A stretch of 63,055 bases of DNA, taken from assembly GCA_043806135.1 (NCBI GenBank), contig JAZDHG010000040.1:1-63055 (forward strand), in the 5' to 3' direction. Each line of letters starts with the position of its first letter. The first letter of the stretch is position 1. This DNA is from Candidatus Omnitrophota bacterium (GTDB lineage: Bacteria > Omnitrophota > Gorgyraeia > B26-G9). A program made the position numbers and the translations under genes. Under the pieces are notes generated by a model, which saw nothing but the letters and a program-made list of their open reading frames with translations, did not search any database and was not told the origin of the DNA. This document shows positions 10,348-24,191 of the stretch, piece after piece.

Positions 10348-13300
10348 GTGCCAAAAAGAACGGATATAAAAAAAATACTTATAATCGGATCCGGCCCTAT
10401 AATTATCGGGCAGGCCTGTGAATTTGACTACTCAGGTACGCAGGCTTGTAAAGCGCTTAGAGAGGAAGGATACAAGGTAGTACTGATAAATTCAAATCCG
10501 GCTACGATCATGACTGATCCGGAAACTGCTGATGCTACTTATATTGAACCAATCACGGCGCAGGTGCTTGAGAAAATTATCGAAAAGGAACGTCCGGACG
10601 CGCTTTTGCCGACTCTTGGCGGCCAGACCGCTCTTAATACAGCAATGAAATTAGTCGAGATGGGTGTGCTGGAAAAGTACAATGTAAAAATGATCGGGGC
10701 CAATACCCAGGCCATTCGCAAAGCAGAAGATAGAAGATATTTTAAAGAGGCAATGGAAAAAATAGGGATGGATTTGCCGAAAAGCGCTCTGGCCTACAAT
10801 ATGAAAGGAGCGAAGGAGGCTTTAAAAAAAATAGGATTGCCATTGATTATCAGGCCTAGTTTTACCCTTGGCGGTACAGGCGGCGGAATTGCTGACACAG
10901 AAGAAGAGTTTGAATATATTGTAAACCTGGGGTTGAGCAATAGTATGATCAATGAGATCTTGATCGAGGAGTCTATCCTAGGCTGGAAAGAATATGAACT
11001 TGAGGTAATGCGGGACAATAAGGATAATGTGGTTATCGTCTGCTCCATAGAGAATCTGGATCCTATGGGTATTCATACCGGGGATTCTATAACGGTTGCC
11101 CCGGCACAGACACTTACGGATTATGAATACCAAAAAATGCGCGATGCTGCACTTGCGATTATCCGTGAGATCGGCGTCGAAACCGGCGGGTCTAATATCC
11201 AGTTTGCCGTTAACCCGGAAAACGGGAGAATGGTGGTTATTGAAATGAATCCGCGTGTTTCGCGCTCATCAGCGCTGGCCAGTAAAGCAACTGGCTTTCC
11301 CATCGCAAAATTTGCCGCAAAGCTCGCGGTTGGTTATACGCTTGATGAAATACGTAATGACATCACCCGGGAAACTCCGGCTTCATTCGAACCAACAATA
11401 GATTATTGTGTGGTCAAAATACCGCGTTTTACTTTTGAGAAATTTCCCGAAGCAAAGGATATCCTGGGTATTTCCATGAAATCTGTGGGAGAAACCATGG
11501 CTATCGGCAGAACTTTTAAAGAGGCTTTGCAGAAGGGACTGCGCGGGCTTGAGATCGGTCATGCCGGTCTCGATAATAAACTGGATTTTTCTCAGATTGA
11601 TAAAGAAAAGATTATGCTCAGATTAAGGGAACCTAATGCTTCACGTATTTTTTATATAAAGTACGCTTTGCAAAAAGGTATGAGTAAAGAGGAGATCTTT
11701 GATATCACCAAGATCGACCCATGGTTTCTGGCTAATATTGAAGATATTGTCTTACTTGAAAATGAATTAAGGGAGCAGGCACTAGGATCTAAAGAGCTTG
11801 ATGCTGAATTAATGCTGCGGGCAAAGCAATACGGTTTTAGCGATACTCAAATCGCGGAAATTTTGAACACAGATGAGATCTCAGTGCGCAATCAGCGCAA
11901 AAAACAGGGGGTAATCCCGGTTTATAAGTTAGTTGATACCTGTGCAGCGGAATTCGAAGCATATACGCCGTATTATTATTCAACTTATGAAGAAGAAGAT
12001 GAAACTCGAATTTCAAATAAGAAAAAAATCATGATCTTAGGCGGAGGGCCTAACCGTATCGGACAGGGGATAGAATTTGATTATTGCTGCTGTCATGCCG
12101 CGTTTGCTTTAAAAGAACTCGGGTATGAGACAATCATGGTTAATTCCAATCCAGAGACAGTATCTACGGATTACGACACTTCAGATAAACTTTATTTTGA
12201 GCCGCTGACATTTGAAGATGTGATGAACATTGTTGACAGGGAAAAGCCGGATGGGATTATTGTCCAGTTCGGAGGTCAGACTCCTTTAAACCTGGCGAAA
12301 AGATTAGCTGATGCCGGGGCGCCGATCATCGGCACATCGGTTGAGTCTATTGACCAGGCTGAAGACAGAGATAAATTTTCTCAGTTGATCAAAAAGCTGG
12401 ATATTAATCAGCCGCCTAATGGCTCGGCAAGATCCCGTGAACAGGCAATAGAAATAGCCAAGCAGATCGGATATCCTATTCTGGTAAGGCCTTCTTATGT
12501 CTTAGGCGGACGGGCGATGCGTATTGTATACAATGAATCCGAACTCAAAAAATTTATGCAGGAGGCAGTTGATGCTTCAAGTGAAAAACCGATCCTAATA
12601 GATAAGTTCTTAGAAGATGCGGTTGAAGTTGATGTTGATGCTTTGTCTGACGGTAAACAGACCATAATCGGCGGGATAATGGAACATATTGAAGAGGCAG
12701 GTGTACATAGCGGTGATTCGGCATGTGTTCTTCCCCCGCACACATTAAGTGATGATATTATAGATTTTATTAGAAATAATACTGTAGTTTTATCGAAGGC
12801 ATTGCAGGTAAAAGGACTGTTGAATATTCAGTTTGCTGTAAAAAACAACACAGTGTATGTCCTGGAAGTTAATCCCAGAGCTTCCAGGACTACTCCTTTT
12901 GTAAGTAAAGCCACAGGAGTTCCTCTGGCAAAAATCGCGGCTAAAATCATGGTGGGCAAAACCCTAAAGGAGCTGGGCATTGTTGAAGAAAAAAAGGTAG
13001 AACACATTTCGGTCAAGGAATCTGTTTTGCCATTTTCACGTTTTTCCGGAGTTGATGTATTGTTGGGTCCGGAAATGAAATCTACCGGTGAAGTTATGGG
13101 AATTGATAAGTCGTTTGGTGTAGCATTCTATAAGTCTCAACTTGCTGCCGGGACATTACTGCCTGATAAAGGGAATGTATTCATCAGTGTTAAAAATGAT
13201 GATAAAAGAAATATCGTTTTTATCGCAAAAAAAATCCATGATATGAGTTTTGAAATTATTGCTACACAAGGGACTGCTAAAGTTTTAAGTTCCAATAATA

Positions 13301-13572
13301 TTAAAGTAAAAAAAGTCGGGAAAATCGGCGAAGGACATACGGAATTGCTGGAACTTATTAAAAAAGGCGAGATCAAGCTTGTAATTAATACTCCTTCCGG
13401 CAGGAAAGGGCAGTCTGATATGAAACAGATACGTAATTTAGCTACTATGCAGGGTATCCCCTGTATTACTACTATTCAGGGAGCTCAGGCAGCAGTTAAT
13501 GGTATGGAGTCTGTCAGAGAAAGTGACTTTTCCGTAACGCCCATACAGGAATATCTGCAAAAGTGTTGTTAA
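10348..13572 (+). CDS. carB: Carbamoyl-phosphate synthase large subunit, copy 1 (canonical)
   Basis: [17 protein letters not shown], two ATP-grasp domains, [13 protein letters not shown]-like C-terminus. Confidence 0.96.
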   Translation: MPKRTDIKKILIIGSGPIIIGQACEFDYSGTQACKALREEGYKVVLINSNPATIMTDPETADATYIEPITAQVLEKIIEKERPDALLPTLGGQTALNTAMKLVEMGVLEKYNVKMIGANTQAIRKAEDRRYFKEAMEKIGMDLPKSALAYNMKGAKEALKKIGLPLIIRPSFTLGGTGGGIADTEEEFEYIVNLGLSNSMINEILIEESILGWKEYELEVMRDNKDNVVIVCSIENLDPMGIHTGDSITVAPAQTLTDYEYQKMRDAALAIIREIGVETGGSNIQFAVNPENGRMVVIEMNPRVSRSSALASKATGFPIAKFAAKLAVGYTLDEIRNDITRETPASFEPTIDYCVVKIPRFTFEKFPEAKDILGISMKSVGETMAIGRTFKEALQKGLRGLEIGHAGLDNKLDFSQIDKEKIMLRLREPNASRIFYIKYALQKGMSKEEIFDITKIDPWFLANIEDIVLLENELREQALGSKELDAELMLRAKQYGFSDTQIAEILNTDEISVRNQRKKQGVIPVYKLVDTCAAEFEAYTPYYYSTYEEEDETRISNKKKIMILGGGPNRIGQGIEFDYCCCHAAFALKELGYETIMVNSNPETVSTDYDTSDKLYFEPLTFEDVMNIVDREKPDGIIVQFGGQTPLNLAKRLADAGAPIIGTSVESIDQAEDRDKFSQLIKKLDINQPPNGSARSREQAIEIAKQIGYPILVRPSYVLGGRAMRIVYNESELKKFMQEAVDASSEKPILIDKFLEDAVEVDVDALSDGKQTIIGGIMEHIEEAGVHSGDSACVLPPHTLSDDIIDFIRNNTVVLSKALQVKGLLNIQFAVKNNTVYVLEVNPRASRTTPFVSKATGVPLAKIAAKIMVGKTLKELGIVEEKKVEHISVKESVLPFSRFSGVDVLLGPEMKSTGEVMGIDKSFGVAFYKSQLAAGTLLPDKGNVFISVKNDDKRNIVFIAKKIHDMSFEIIATQGTAKVLSSNNIKVKKVGKIGEGHTELLELIKKGEIKLVINTPSGRKGQSDMKQIRNLATMQGIPCITTIQGAQAAVNGMESVRESDFSVTPIQEYLQKCC

Positions 13573-13599
13573 CGACAGACATGAAAGGAGCATTACCGT

Positions 13600-16500
13600 A
13601 TGCCGCGCAGAAAGGATATTAAAAAAGTTTTGATCATAGGTTCAGGACCGATTATTATCGGTCAAGCCTGCGAATTTGATTATTCCGGAACACAGGCCTG
13701 TAAAGCATTGAAAGAAGAAGGATATGAAGTCGTGCTGGTCAATTCTAATCCGGCGACTATAATGACTGACCCGGGCATGGCCGATAAAACTTATATAGAA
13801 CCCCTTACTCTGCAAACTTTAGAAAAAATAATAGAAATAGAGAAACCGGACGCATTACTGCCTAATTTAGGGGGTCAGACAGGGCTTAATCTTACCTCTT
13901 CACTTCATTCAACAGGCGTTCTTAAAAAGTATAATGTGGAAATTATTGGGGTGAAAGCCGATGCCATTGAGCGAGGTGAAGACAGGATTGCTTTTAAAGA
14001 AACAATGAACAAGATTGGTATTGAAATGCCGCTTTCTGAACCATGTTATTCTGTAGAAGAAGCTGAAAAAATAGTGGAAAAAATGGGTTATCCTGTTGTT
14101 TTGCGTCCGGCTTATACAATGGGAGGAACAGGCGGCGGGATTGCCTATAATGTTGAGGAACTAAGGACTATAGTCAGCCGCGGGCTTAACGCGAGCCTTG
14201 TTAACCAAGTACTTGTTGAAGAATCTGTTTTTGGCTGGGAAGAGCTGGAGCTTGAAGTTGTGCGTGATGCTAAAAATCAGAAGATCACAGTATGTTTTAT
14301 TGAAAACATTGATGCTATGGGTGTACATACCGGAGATAGTTTTTGCGTGGCGCCGATGTTAACTGTACCGAAAAAATTGCAGGAACGTATGCAGGATTAT
14401 TCATATAAGATTGTTGATGCCATTGGTGTTACCGGAGGTACTAATGTTCAATTTGCTCATAACCTCAAGGATGACCGCCTGGTAGTTATTGAAATTAATC
14501 CGCGCACATCCAGATCATCTGCCCTGGCTTCAAAGGCCACAGGTTTTCCTATCGCCCGCATATCAACAAAACTTGCCGCTGGTTTAACCATGGATGAAAT
14601 CCCTTACTGGAAAGAGGGAACCCTGGAAAAATATAAACCCAGCGGGGATTATGTGGTTATAAAATTCGCACGCTGGGCATTTGAGAAATTCCCCGGAGCA
14701 GTTGATATCCTGGGGACGCAAATGAAGGCAGTGGGCGAAGTGATGAGCATTGGCAAAACCTTTAAGGAGGCCTTTCAAAAAGCGATAAGATCTCTGGAGA
14801 TCAAGAGGTATGGATTGGGAGGAGCGAAAAATTTCAAATCTCTTCCGCTTGATAGGTTGAAAGAAAAGTTAGCTAACCCTTCAAGTGAACGTGTTTTCAT
14901 TATGTATGAGGCGCTGCGTAAAGGGCTGAGCGTTGATGAATTAAACAGGATGACGCATATAAACAGTTATTTTATCCAGGAAATGAAAGACCTTGTTGAT
15001 CTGGAAGAGGAAATTATAGCTCTGGGCTGGAAGAAATTGACGGATGATAAGCTGCTAAAAGCCAAACAATGGGGATTTGGGGATAAATATATCGCGGATC
15101 TTTTCGGCATCAAAGAAAAGCAGGTAAGAGACAGGAGAATAAAACTGGGGATAAAAGAGTGTTATGAGGCGATTCCGGTCAGCGGAGTTGATAATGCCGC
15201 GTATTATTATTCTACTTATAATGCAAAAGATTCGGTGCCTGTATCAACAAATAAAAAAGTCATGATTTTAGGCGGCGGACCTAACCGAATCGGGCAGGGG
15301 ATTGAATTTGATTATACCTGCGTACACGCGGCATTCGCATTGCGTGATGCAGGATATGAGTCAATCATGGTCAACTGTAATCCGGAGACTGTTTCTACGG
15401 ATTATGATACTTCTGATAAATTATATTTTGAACCTTTAACGGTTGAAGAAGTGCTCTCTATATATGAAAAAGAAAAACCGCTGGGTGTGATTGTTCAGTT
15501 TGGCGGACAGACCCCTTTGAATATCGCGCAGGAGTTAAAGGACAATGGGGTTAATATTCTGGGAACAACACCGGAAAGCATCGCTCTTGCAGAGGACAGG
15601 GAGAAGTTCAGAGAAAAGATGATCAAATTAGATATTCTTCAGCCGCAAAGCGGTACGGCCCGTTCTTTGGAAGAGGCCCTTAAGATTGCAGATAATCTCG
15701 GATATCCGCTTATGGTCAGGCCTTCTTTTGTCCTGGGCGGCAGAGGCATGGAGATTGTTTATGATGAATTGATGCTGAGAAAATACGCTAATAAGGCAAT
15801 AGAAGTCAGTCCTGAACACCCTATGCTTATTGATCGTTTTCTTGAAAATGCGATCGAGGCTGAAGTTGATGCTCTAAGTGACGGAGAAAACACATTTGTT
15901 GCTTCAACAATGGAACATATTGAACTTGCCGGAGTCCACAGCGGTGATTCAGCATGTGTTATCCCGCCTTGTTCGATAAAGGCCAAGCATATTAAAACTA
16001 TAGAGGAATATACAAAGGCGATTGCAAAAGAGCTTGAAGTTAAAGGATTGATGAATATCCAATATGCGATTTGTGAGGATAAAGTATATATATTAGAGGC
16101 GAATCCAAGAGCTTCCCGTACTGTACCTATTGTTTCTAAGATCATGGGGTTCCCTATTGCTAATATAGCAACGCAATTAATGCTTGGGAAAAAGATTAAA
16201 GATTTTCCTAATCTCAAACCTAAAAAAATTTCTTATGTAGGCGTTAAAGAAGCGGTATTCCCTTTTAATATGTTTCCGGAAGTTGATCCTTTGCTTGGCC
16301 CGGAAATGAGAGCAACAGGTGAGGTTATGGGGATTGCCGAATCTTTTGATCTTGCTTTTTATAAGGCAGAAGAAGCCGCGGGGGCGCGACTTCCGATAGA
16401 AGGCGGAGTGCTTTTGACAGTTGATGATAAAAATAAAAAAAATCTTTTACCTACTGCCCGCAAACTATCAGTTCTCGGATTTAAGGTGCATGCCACAGAA

Positions 16501-16815
16501 GGAACAAATAAATATTTGCGGGATCATGGTATAGACAGTATCCCGATTAAAAAACTGCATGAAGGAAGGCCTAATATCGTTGATGCGCTAAAAAACAAGG
16601 AGATTAATCTTATTATAAATACACCGGTTGGGCGCAGCGGAAAAAATGACGACAGCTATATTCGCATTATGGCTATACAGCAAAAAATTCCTTATATAAC
16701 TTCGATGGCCGCGGCATCGGCCAGCGTAAGAGCTATAGAAGCAATGCAGAAAACAAGCATTACGCCTAAGGCTTTGCAGAGTTATTATGAAGATGATAAG
16801 GAGACGAAAAAATAA
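13600..16815 (+). CDS. carB: Carbamoyl-phosphate synthase large subunit, copy 2 (divergent paralog)
   Basis: Same architecture with variant motifs NLGGQTGLN, GWEELELEVVRD and EINPRTSRSS; own SD aaaggag. Confidence 0.93.
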   Translation: MPRRKDIKKVLIIGSGPIIIGQACEFDYSGTQACKALKEEGYEVVLVNSNPATIMTDPGMADKTYIEPLTLQTLEKIIEIEKPDALLPNLGGQTGLNLTSSLHSTGVLKKYNVEIIGVKADAIERGEDRIAFKETMNKIGIEMPLSEPCYSVEEAEKIVEKMGYPVVLRPAYTMGGTGGGIAYNVEELRTIVSRGLNASLVNQVLVEESVFGWEELELEVVRDAKNQKITVCFIENIDAMGVHTGDSFCVAPMLTVPKKLQERMQDYSYKIVDAIGVTGGTNVQFAHNLKDDRLVVIEINPRTSRSSALASKATGFPIARISTKLAAGLTMDEIPYWKEGTLEKYKPSGDYVVIKFARWAFEKFPGAVDILGTQMKAVGEVMSIGKTFKEAFQKAIRSLEIKRYGLGGAKNFKSLPLDRLKEKLANPSSERVFIMYEALRKGLSVDELNRMTHINSYFIQEMKDLVDLEEEIIALGWKKLTDDKLLKAKQWGFGDKYIADLFGIKEKQVRDRRIKLGIKECYEAIPVSGVDNAAYYYSTYNAKDSVPVSTNKKVMILGGGPNRIGQGIEFDYTCVHAAFALRDAGYESIMVNCNPETVSTDYDTSDKLYFEPLTVEEVLSIYEKEKPLGVIVQFGGQTPLNIAQELKDNGVNILGTTPESIALAEDREKFREKMIKLDILQPQSGTARSLEEALKIADNLGYPLMVRPSFVLGGRGMEIVYDELMLRKYANKAIEVSPEHPMLIDRFLENAIEAEVDALSDGENTFVASTMEHIELAGVHSGDSACVIPPCSIKAKHIKTIEEYTKAIAKELEVKGLMNIQYAICEDKVYILEANPRASRTVPIVSKIMGFPIANIATQLMLGKKIKDFPNLKPKKISYVGVKEAVFPFNMFPEVDPLLGPEMRATGEVMGIAESFDLAFYKAEEAAGARLPIEGGVLLTVDDKNKKNLLPTARKLSVLGFKVHATEGTNKYLRDHGIDSIPIKKLHEGRPNIVDALKNKEINLIINTPVGRSGKNDDSYIRIMAIQQKIPYITSMAAASASVRAIEAMQKTSITPKALQSYYEDDKETKK

Positions 16816-18194
16816 TGTGCGGAGTAGCCGGTATTACAGGACATAAAGATGCCGCTAGGCTTACGTATTTATGCCTTTATGCTTTGCAGCATCGCGGTGA
16901 GGAGAGCGCGGGTATAGTCAGTTTTGATAAAAAAAGAACTCATTCGCTTCAGGGCATGGGACTGGTTGAGGATATTTTTGATGAACAGTCACTGCGTTCT
17001 TTGCGCGGCAGTATTGCCATCGGACATGTGCGCTATTCAACAACCGGATCAAGCCTGCAAAGTAATGTTCAACCTCTTCTGGTAAATCACAAAAGAGGGC
17101 ATATCGCGATTGCTCATAACGGTAACTTTACTAATACGATTGAGCTCCGGGAATCTTTGGAAGAGCAGGGTTCAATTTTCCAGACGACAATGGACTCAGA
17201 AGTAATTGTACATTTTATGGCGCAGTCAAAAACCCAGGACTATAAACAAAAAGTGATTGAATCTCTTATGCTATTAGAAGGGGCGTATTCTCTGGTAATG
17301 ATGATTGATGATGTTTTGATCGGAGCGCGTGACCCGCATGGATTCAGGCCTTTGTGCCTGGGGAAACTTGAAGGGGCCTATGTTCTGGCAAGTGAAACCT
17401 GCGCATTAGATCTTATACAGGCGGAGTATGTAAGAGAAATAGAGCCCGGAGAGATTGTTTTTATCAGAAATAAAACAATTGAATCTATAAAGCCGTTTCC
17501 CAAAAAGAAACATGCTTTTTGTATTTTTGAATATATTTATTTTTCTCGACCCGACTCTAATATATTTGGTAAAAATGTTTATCTGACGCGAAAGAGACTT
17601 GGGGTTCAGCTGGCAAAAGAATCTCCGGCTACATGCGATCTGGCTATGGCGATACCGGATTCAGGAAGTTATGCTGCAGTAGGTTTTGCGGAAGAGGCAA
17701 AATTACCTCATGAGGTGGGAATGATTAGAAACCATTATGTGGGTAGAACCTTTATTCAGCCTTCTCAATTTATACGTGATTTCAGGGTCCGTGTAAAGCT
17801 TAATCCGATCAAGGATGTTATAAAAGGAAAACGCCTTGCAGTTATAGAAGATTCTATCGTAAGGGGTACGACCAGCCGGGCGCGTGTGCGCACGATCCGA
17901 AATTGCGGTGCAAAGGAAATTCATATGCGTATCAGCTGTCCGCCCATAAAATGGCCTTGTTTTTACGGCATTGATTTTCCGACAAAAAAAGAACTAATCG
18001 CGGCCAATCATACAGTAAAAGAGATAAAGGAATTTATGGGGCTGGACAGTTTGAAATATTTAAGCTTAGAGGGGATGTTAAAGTCAATGCTTTTACCTGA
18101 GTGTGAATTCTGTACAGCATGTTTTAACGGTGATTATCCGACTAAGATCCCCAAGAAATTTTCCAAGAAAATGCTTGAAAAAAAAGGCAAATGA
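16815..18194 (+). CDS. purF: Amidophosphoribosyltransferase, glutamine-dependent
   Basis: N-terminal [29 protein letters not shown] and four Fe-S Cys. Confidence 0.95.
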   Translation: MCGVAGITGHKDAARLTYLCLYALQHRGEESAGIVSFDKKRTHSLQGMGLVEDIFDEQSLRSLRGSIAIGHVRYSTTGSSLQSNVQPLLVNHKRGHIAIAHNGNFTNTIELRESLEEQGSIFQTTMDSEVIVHFMAQSKTQDYKQKVIESLMLLEGAYSLVMMIDDVLIGARDPHGFRPLCLGKLEGAYVLASETCALDLIQAEYVREIEPGEIVFIRNKTIESIKPFPKKKHAFCIFEYIYFSRPDSNIFGKNVYLTRKRLGVQLAKESPATCDLAMAIPDSGSYAAVGFAEEAKLPHEVGMIRNHYVGRTFIQPSQFIRDFRVRVKLNPIKDVIKGKRLAVIEDSIVRGTTSRARVRTIRNCGAKEIHMRISCPPIKWPCFYGIDFPTKKELIAANHTVKEIKEFMGLDSLKYLSLEGMLKSMLLPECEFCTACFNGDYPTKIPKKFSKKMLEKKGK

Positions 18195-19714
18195 TAATGG
18201 CTATGAGAATAGGGTTTGACAATAAGAAATATTTAAAGGAACAGACAGAGGCTATCCTTGAAAGAGTCGATAAATTTGACGGCAAATTGTACCTTGAATT
18301 CGGAGGTAAACTGCTTTTTGATTATCATGCTGCGCGTGTACTGCCTGGGTTTGACCCTAATGTGAAGATGAGGCTTTTGCAGAAGTTAAAAGATAAGGCA
18401 GATATAATACTTTGTATTTATGCAGGTGATATAGAAAGAAGAAAAGTCCGGGCTGATTTCGGGATAAGCTATGACGCCGATGCGATGAAGCTGATCGATG
18501 ATATAAGATCGTGGAAACTTAATGTCCGAGCTGTTGTGATCACAAGATATGACAATCAGCCGGCTGCAAAAATTTTCAAGAATAAATTAGAACGCAGAAA
18601 TATTAAGGTATACACACACAAATTTACTAAAGGCTATCCTACAGATGTGGATTTGATTGTAAGCGATGAGGGATACGGGGCTAATGAATATATAAGAACA
18701 AAAAATCCGCTGGTGATCGTAACCGGACCGGGCCCGGGAAGCGGGAAATTGGCGACCTGTCTTTCTCAGTTCTACCATGACTATAAAAAAGGCATAAAAA
18801 GCGGTTATGCGAAATTTGAGACATTCCCGATATGGAATATTCCGCTTAAACATCCGGTTAATATAGCATATGAGGCGGCAACCGCTGATATCAGGGATTT
18901 TAATCTTATTGATCCGTTTCATCTTGGGGCATACAATGAATCGACAGTAAATTATAACCGTGACGTTGAGATCTTTCCGGTGCTCAAAAGAATACTTGAA
19001 ACAATAACACAAAAAGAATCCATGTATAAGTCGCCTACTGATATGGGGGTCAATAGGGCCGGATTCGGAATAGTTGATGATCCGGCGGTGCAGGAGGCGG
19101 CAAAGCAGGAAGTTATCAGAAGGTATTTCCGCTACGCTTGTGAATATATGCTTGGCTTTGTAGATAAGGAAACAGTGCAGCGGGTTGAGCTTATTATGAA
19201 GGAGCTTAATATAAAACCGGAAGACAGGAAGGTTGTAGAGCCGGCAAGGGATAAGGCCAAAGATGCAGAAAGTAAGAATAAAGGACATGATGGAGTTTTC
19301 TGTGCAGCAGCGATAGAACTGAATGACGGAACAATAATCACCGGCAGGAATTCGCCGATGATGCATTCATCTTCGAGCCTTATTTTAAATGCTATAAAGC
19401 AGATGGCCGGGATACCGGATAAAATCCATTTATTATCGCCGAACATAATAAGTTCGATAAAGGTATTAAATAAAGAAATTTTAAATGAAAATGCCGTAAG
19501 CTTGGATCTTGAAGAAACCTTAATTGCTTTAAGTATAAGCGCTGCGACTAATCCTACTTCTCAGACAGCAATGGAAAAATTAAAAAAGCTTAATGGCTGC
19601 CAGATGCATCTGACGCATATTCCTACTTCAGGCGACGAGGCAGGATTGAGAAAACTGGGAGTTGATTTGACTAGCGAAGCTGTTTTTTCTACTAAAAGAC
19701 TTTTTGTGTCTTGA
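18191..19714 (+). CDS. DUF1846 family P-loop protein
   Basis: [42 protein letters not shown] and [10 protein letters not shown] motifs. Confidence 0.85.
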   Translation: MIMAMRIGFDNKKYLKEQTEAILERVDKFDGKLYLEFGGKLLFDYHAARVLPGFDPNVKMRLLQKLKDKADIILCIYAGDIERRKVRADFGISYDADAMKLIDDIRSWKLNVRAVVITRYDNQPAAKIFKNKLERRNIKVYTHKFTKGYPTDVDLIVSDEGYGANEYIRTKNPLVIVTGPGPGSGKLATCLSQFYHDYKKGIKSGYAKFETFPIWNIPLKHPVNIAYEAATADIRDFNLIDPFHLGAYNESTVNYNRDVEIFPVLKRILETITQKESMYKSPTDMGVNRAGFGIVDDPAVQEAAKQEVIRRYFRYACEYMLGFVDKETVQRVELIMKELNIKPEDRKVVEPARDKAKDAESKNKGHDGVFCAAAIELNDGTIITGRNSPMMHSSSSLILNAIKQMAGIPDKIHLLSPNIISSIKVLNKEILNENAVSLDLEETLIALSISAATNPTSQTAMEKLKKLNGCQMHLTHIPTSGDEAGLRKLGVDLTSEAVFSTKRLFVS

Positions 19715-19727
19715 GTTTGATCGAATG

Positions 19728-19827
19728 GAGATGTTGCGAAACACAGTCCCTCACAGAATAACGCAGATTAAAGACACGAGATGATCACAGATTATCTGCG
19801 CGGCTTTGTTGTTTTGCGACAGAGCTC
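19728..19827. repeat. Palindromic MITE/REP-like element with GATGTTGCGAA terminus, copy 1
   Basis: tgttgcgaaac / gttttgcgaca termini; inner cgcagat/atctgcg pair. Confidence 0.5.
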
Positions 19828-19875
19828 TGATAAAAACCAGCAGGCAATCTATTTTTATTTAAAGGGAGGTTAAAA

Positions 19876-21321
19876 ATGAGCGGAATTTTCGGAGTTGTTT
19901 CAAAAGGCAGCTGTATACAGGATCTATTCTATGGCACAGACTATCATTCACATTTAGGTACGGAATACGGAGGACTTGCTGTCCTGGGAGAAGATTTTTA
20001 CCGGCGCATACATAATTTAAGCCAGGGGCAGTTTAAGTCAAAATTTTTTGATGAATACCAGCAGATGAAAGGCAATAAAGGTATTGGGGTAATCAGTGCT
20101 TCTACTGTTCAGCCTATTTATGTGCACTCTAAATTTGGGCCTTTCTGCATTGTCAGCAACGGTTTTATCGAGAATTCACATGATATAGAAAAAGAGCTGC
20201 TTAAAAAAGGTATTTCTTTTGCCGAAGTCGAAAAAAACAGCGTTAACGAAACCGAACTTGTTGCTAAGCTTATTAATCAGGGTGATAATATCATCGATGG
20301 AATTGAAAAAATGTTTAAGCAAATTAAAGGCTCCTGCTCGCTGTTACTGCTTAATAAAGACGGAGTTTACGCCGCACGTGACAGATACGGATATACTCCT
20401 CTTGTGCTTGGACAAAAAAAAGATGCGATGGCTGTTACTACAGAAACCTGTGCGTTTTTAAATAATGATTTTAAAATAACAAAGTACCTGGGTCCGGGCG
20501 AGATAGTGTTGCTTAGCGAAGCAGGCCTGGTATCTAAAAAAAAGGCAACCGAGTTTAATCAAATCTGCGCATTTTTATGGGTATACACCGGATTCCCGGC
20601 ATCAAGTTATGAAGGTATTAATACCGAGGTGGTCAGAGAACGCTGTGGAAGATATCTGGCTAAACGTGATAAAGGCATGAAAGTAGACGTTGTAACAGGT
20701 GTTCCTGATTCAGGGATAGCGCATGCCATCGGTTATGCCATGGAAAGCGGTTATCCCTACAGAAGGCCGCTGATAAAGTATACGCCTGGCTATGGAAGAA
20801 GCTATACGCCGCCTTCACAGGAAACAAGAGATCTTGTGGCCAAGATGAAATTAATTGCAATTGAGGATATTATTAAAGGCAATAGAATCGTTATTTGTGA
20901 TGACTCGATCGTAAGGGGTACACAATTTAAGAATTTTACTATAAAAAAATTGCGTGAATCAGGCGCAAAGGAAATTCACATTCGCCCGGCTTGTCCGCCG
21001 CTCATGTTTCCTTGCAGATTTAATTTATCTACGAGAAGTATAGATGAACTTGCGGCGAGAAGAGCGATAAGGGATATTGAGGGGAATGATATAGAGGATG
21101 TTTCTGAATATGTTGATTGTAATTCACAAAAATATCAAAAAATGATAGACTGGATAAAAGAAGATTTAAAAGTTAACTCGCTTAAATATCAGACTGTTGA
21201 AGATATGGTTGCAGCTATTGGATTACCCAAGGAAAAGCTTTGTCTTTTCTGCTGGACCGGCAAATGCCAGACAGAAGTTTGCGCCAAAGAAAAAGCGAGC
21301 TGCGCTAACACGGGCAAATAA
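19876..21321 (+). CDS. PurF-like amidophosphoribosyltransferase with degenerate glutaminase domain
   Basis: MSG instead of MCG; HSHLG instead of LQHRG; no GHVRYST; intact DDSIVRGT and Fe-S Cys. Confidence 0.88.
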   Translation: MSGIFGVVSKGSCIQDLFYGTDYHSHLGTEYGGLAVLGEDFYRRIHNLSQGQFKSKFFDEYQQMKGNKGIGVISASTVQPIYVHSKFGPFCIVSNGFIENSHDIEKELLKKGISFAEVEKNSVNETELVAKLINQGDNIIDGIEKMFKQIKGSCSLLLLNKDGVYAARDRYGYTPLVLGQKKDAMAVTTETCAFLNNDFKITKYLGPGEIVLLSEAGLVSKKKATEFNQICAFLWVYTGFPASSYEGINTEVVRERCGRYLAKRDKGMKVDVVTGVPDSGIAHAIGYAMESGYPYRRPLIKYTPGYGRSYTPPSQETRDLVAKMKLIAIEDIIKGNRIVICDDSIVRGTQFKNFTIKKLRESGAKEIHIRPACPPLMFPCRFNLSTRSIDELAARRAIRDIEGNDIEDVSEYVDCNSQKYQKMIDWIKEDLKVNSLKYQTVEDMVAAIGLPKEKLCLFCWTGKCQTEVCAKEKASCANTGK

Positions 21322-21329
21322 TAATGTAG

Positions 21330-22940
<1,611 letters not shown>

Positions 22941-22944
22941 GGAC

Positions 22945-23655
22945 ATGAAAGAGAATTCGGCAAAATCTTATATTGATGCATTGAGTAAAATAAGCAAAGC
23001 TATTACCAGCGACCTTTATCTGGAAGACATGCTGAAGCTTATTGTTACTTTAACTGCAAACGTTATGGAAGCAAAGATCTGCTCTTTATGGCTTCTTGAT
23101 GAAAAAACGCAATTTTTAAAAATTAAAGCGACGCAGGCAATGAGCAGTGAATATGTGAAGGAAAGAAAAATAAAAGTCGGAGAGGGGATTGTCGGGCTTG
23201 TCGCAAAAAATAAAAAACCCACGGTTATACTGGATGTTTTAAAAGATAAAAGTTATAAAGAAAAAATGCTGGCTAAAAAAGAGAATTTGGTTTCAATGGT
23301 AAGCGTGCCGATGATGGTAAAAAACAGGGTTATCGGAGTTATTAACTGCTATACAACTCAAGTTTATCACTTCGGTAAAAATGATATTAATCTTTTGAGC
23401 ACTGTTGCGAATCAGGCTGCGGTTGCAATTGAGAACACAGAGCTTTTGGTGAAAACAAAAATTATACAGGAAGAACTGGAAACCCGTAAAAAGGTGGAAA
23501 GAGCAAAAGGGATCTTAATGAGTGAAAATAATTTTTCCGAGAGTGGTGCATACGAACTGCTTAGAAAATACAGTATGAGCAAACGCTTGCCTATGAAAGA
23601 AATAGCGGAAGCCATAATTCTTTCTTTTGAAATAAAAGAAGGAAAGGGTAGATAG
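22945..23655 (+). CDS. GAF-ANTAR RNA-binding antiterminator
   Basis: GAF domain (GEGIVG, SMVSVPM, ANQAAVAIEN) plus ANTAR domain (LETRKKVERAKGILM...AYELLRKYSM...MKEIAEAII). Confidence 0.9.
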   Translation: MKENSAKSYIDALSKISKAITSDLYLEDMLKLIVTLTANVMEAKICSLWLLDEKTQFLKIKATQAMSSEYVKERKIKVGEGIVGLVAKNKKPTVILDVLKDKSYKEKMLAKKENLVSMVSVPMMVKNRVIGVINCYTTQVYHFGKNDINLLSTVANQAAVAIENTELLVKTKIIQEELETRKKVERAKGILMSENNFSESGAYELLRKYSMSKRLPMKEIAEAIILSFEIKEGKGR

Positions 23656-23893
23656 TAAATTCTGCTGTTTTTTAAAAAATCTTCAAAAATTTTCCCCCAA
23701 AACAAAAAAATTTTCATTTTTTTTAATTTTTTTCTTGAAATCAGAGTATATTATGTTGTATATTATAAATTGTAAATACAATATGTAGTATGAGGCTATA
23801 TTGTGTAGAAGAAAATAAACACACCAAGATATTGTAGGGGAAGTACAAAATAGGTTTTCTGATGTAAATATTTATGGAAGGGGGGTGAATATT

Positions 23894-23950
<57 letters not shown>

Positions 23951-24016
23951 CAATTTGCTAGTGCAACTTTGATTAAGAACAATAGATTCAGATCCCGATT
24001 AAAATTTGTTGAACAA

Positions 24017-24153
24017 GGATGTTGCGAATTCCCAAAGGCGGGGAAGTAAGAAAAAAATTTTAAATTTCAAATTGGTTTAGAGCCGGCTTGAAAAAAGTTT
24101 TCCGCCTTTGGGGCGGGATTCCAGGTTCAAAAATAATTAACTTTCGCAATTCC
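24017..24153. repeat. Palindromic MITE/REP-like element with GATGTTGCGAA terminus, copy 2
   Basis: ggatgttgcgaa / ttcgcaattcc termini; inner cccaaaggcgg / ccgcctttggg. Confidence 0.5.
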
Positions 24154-24191
24154 TCTTAAAAACTCACCCATTTTAACAAGGTTATAATCAT

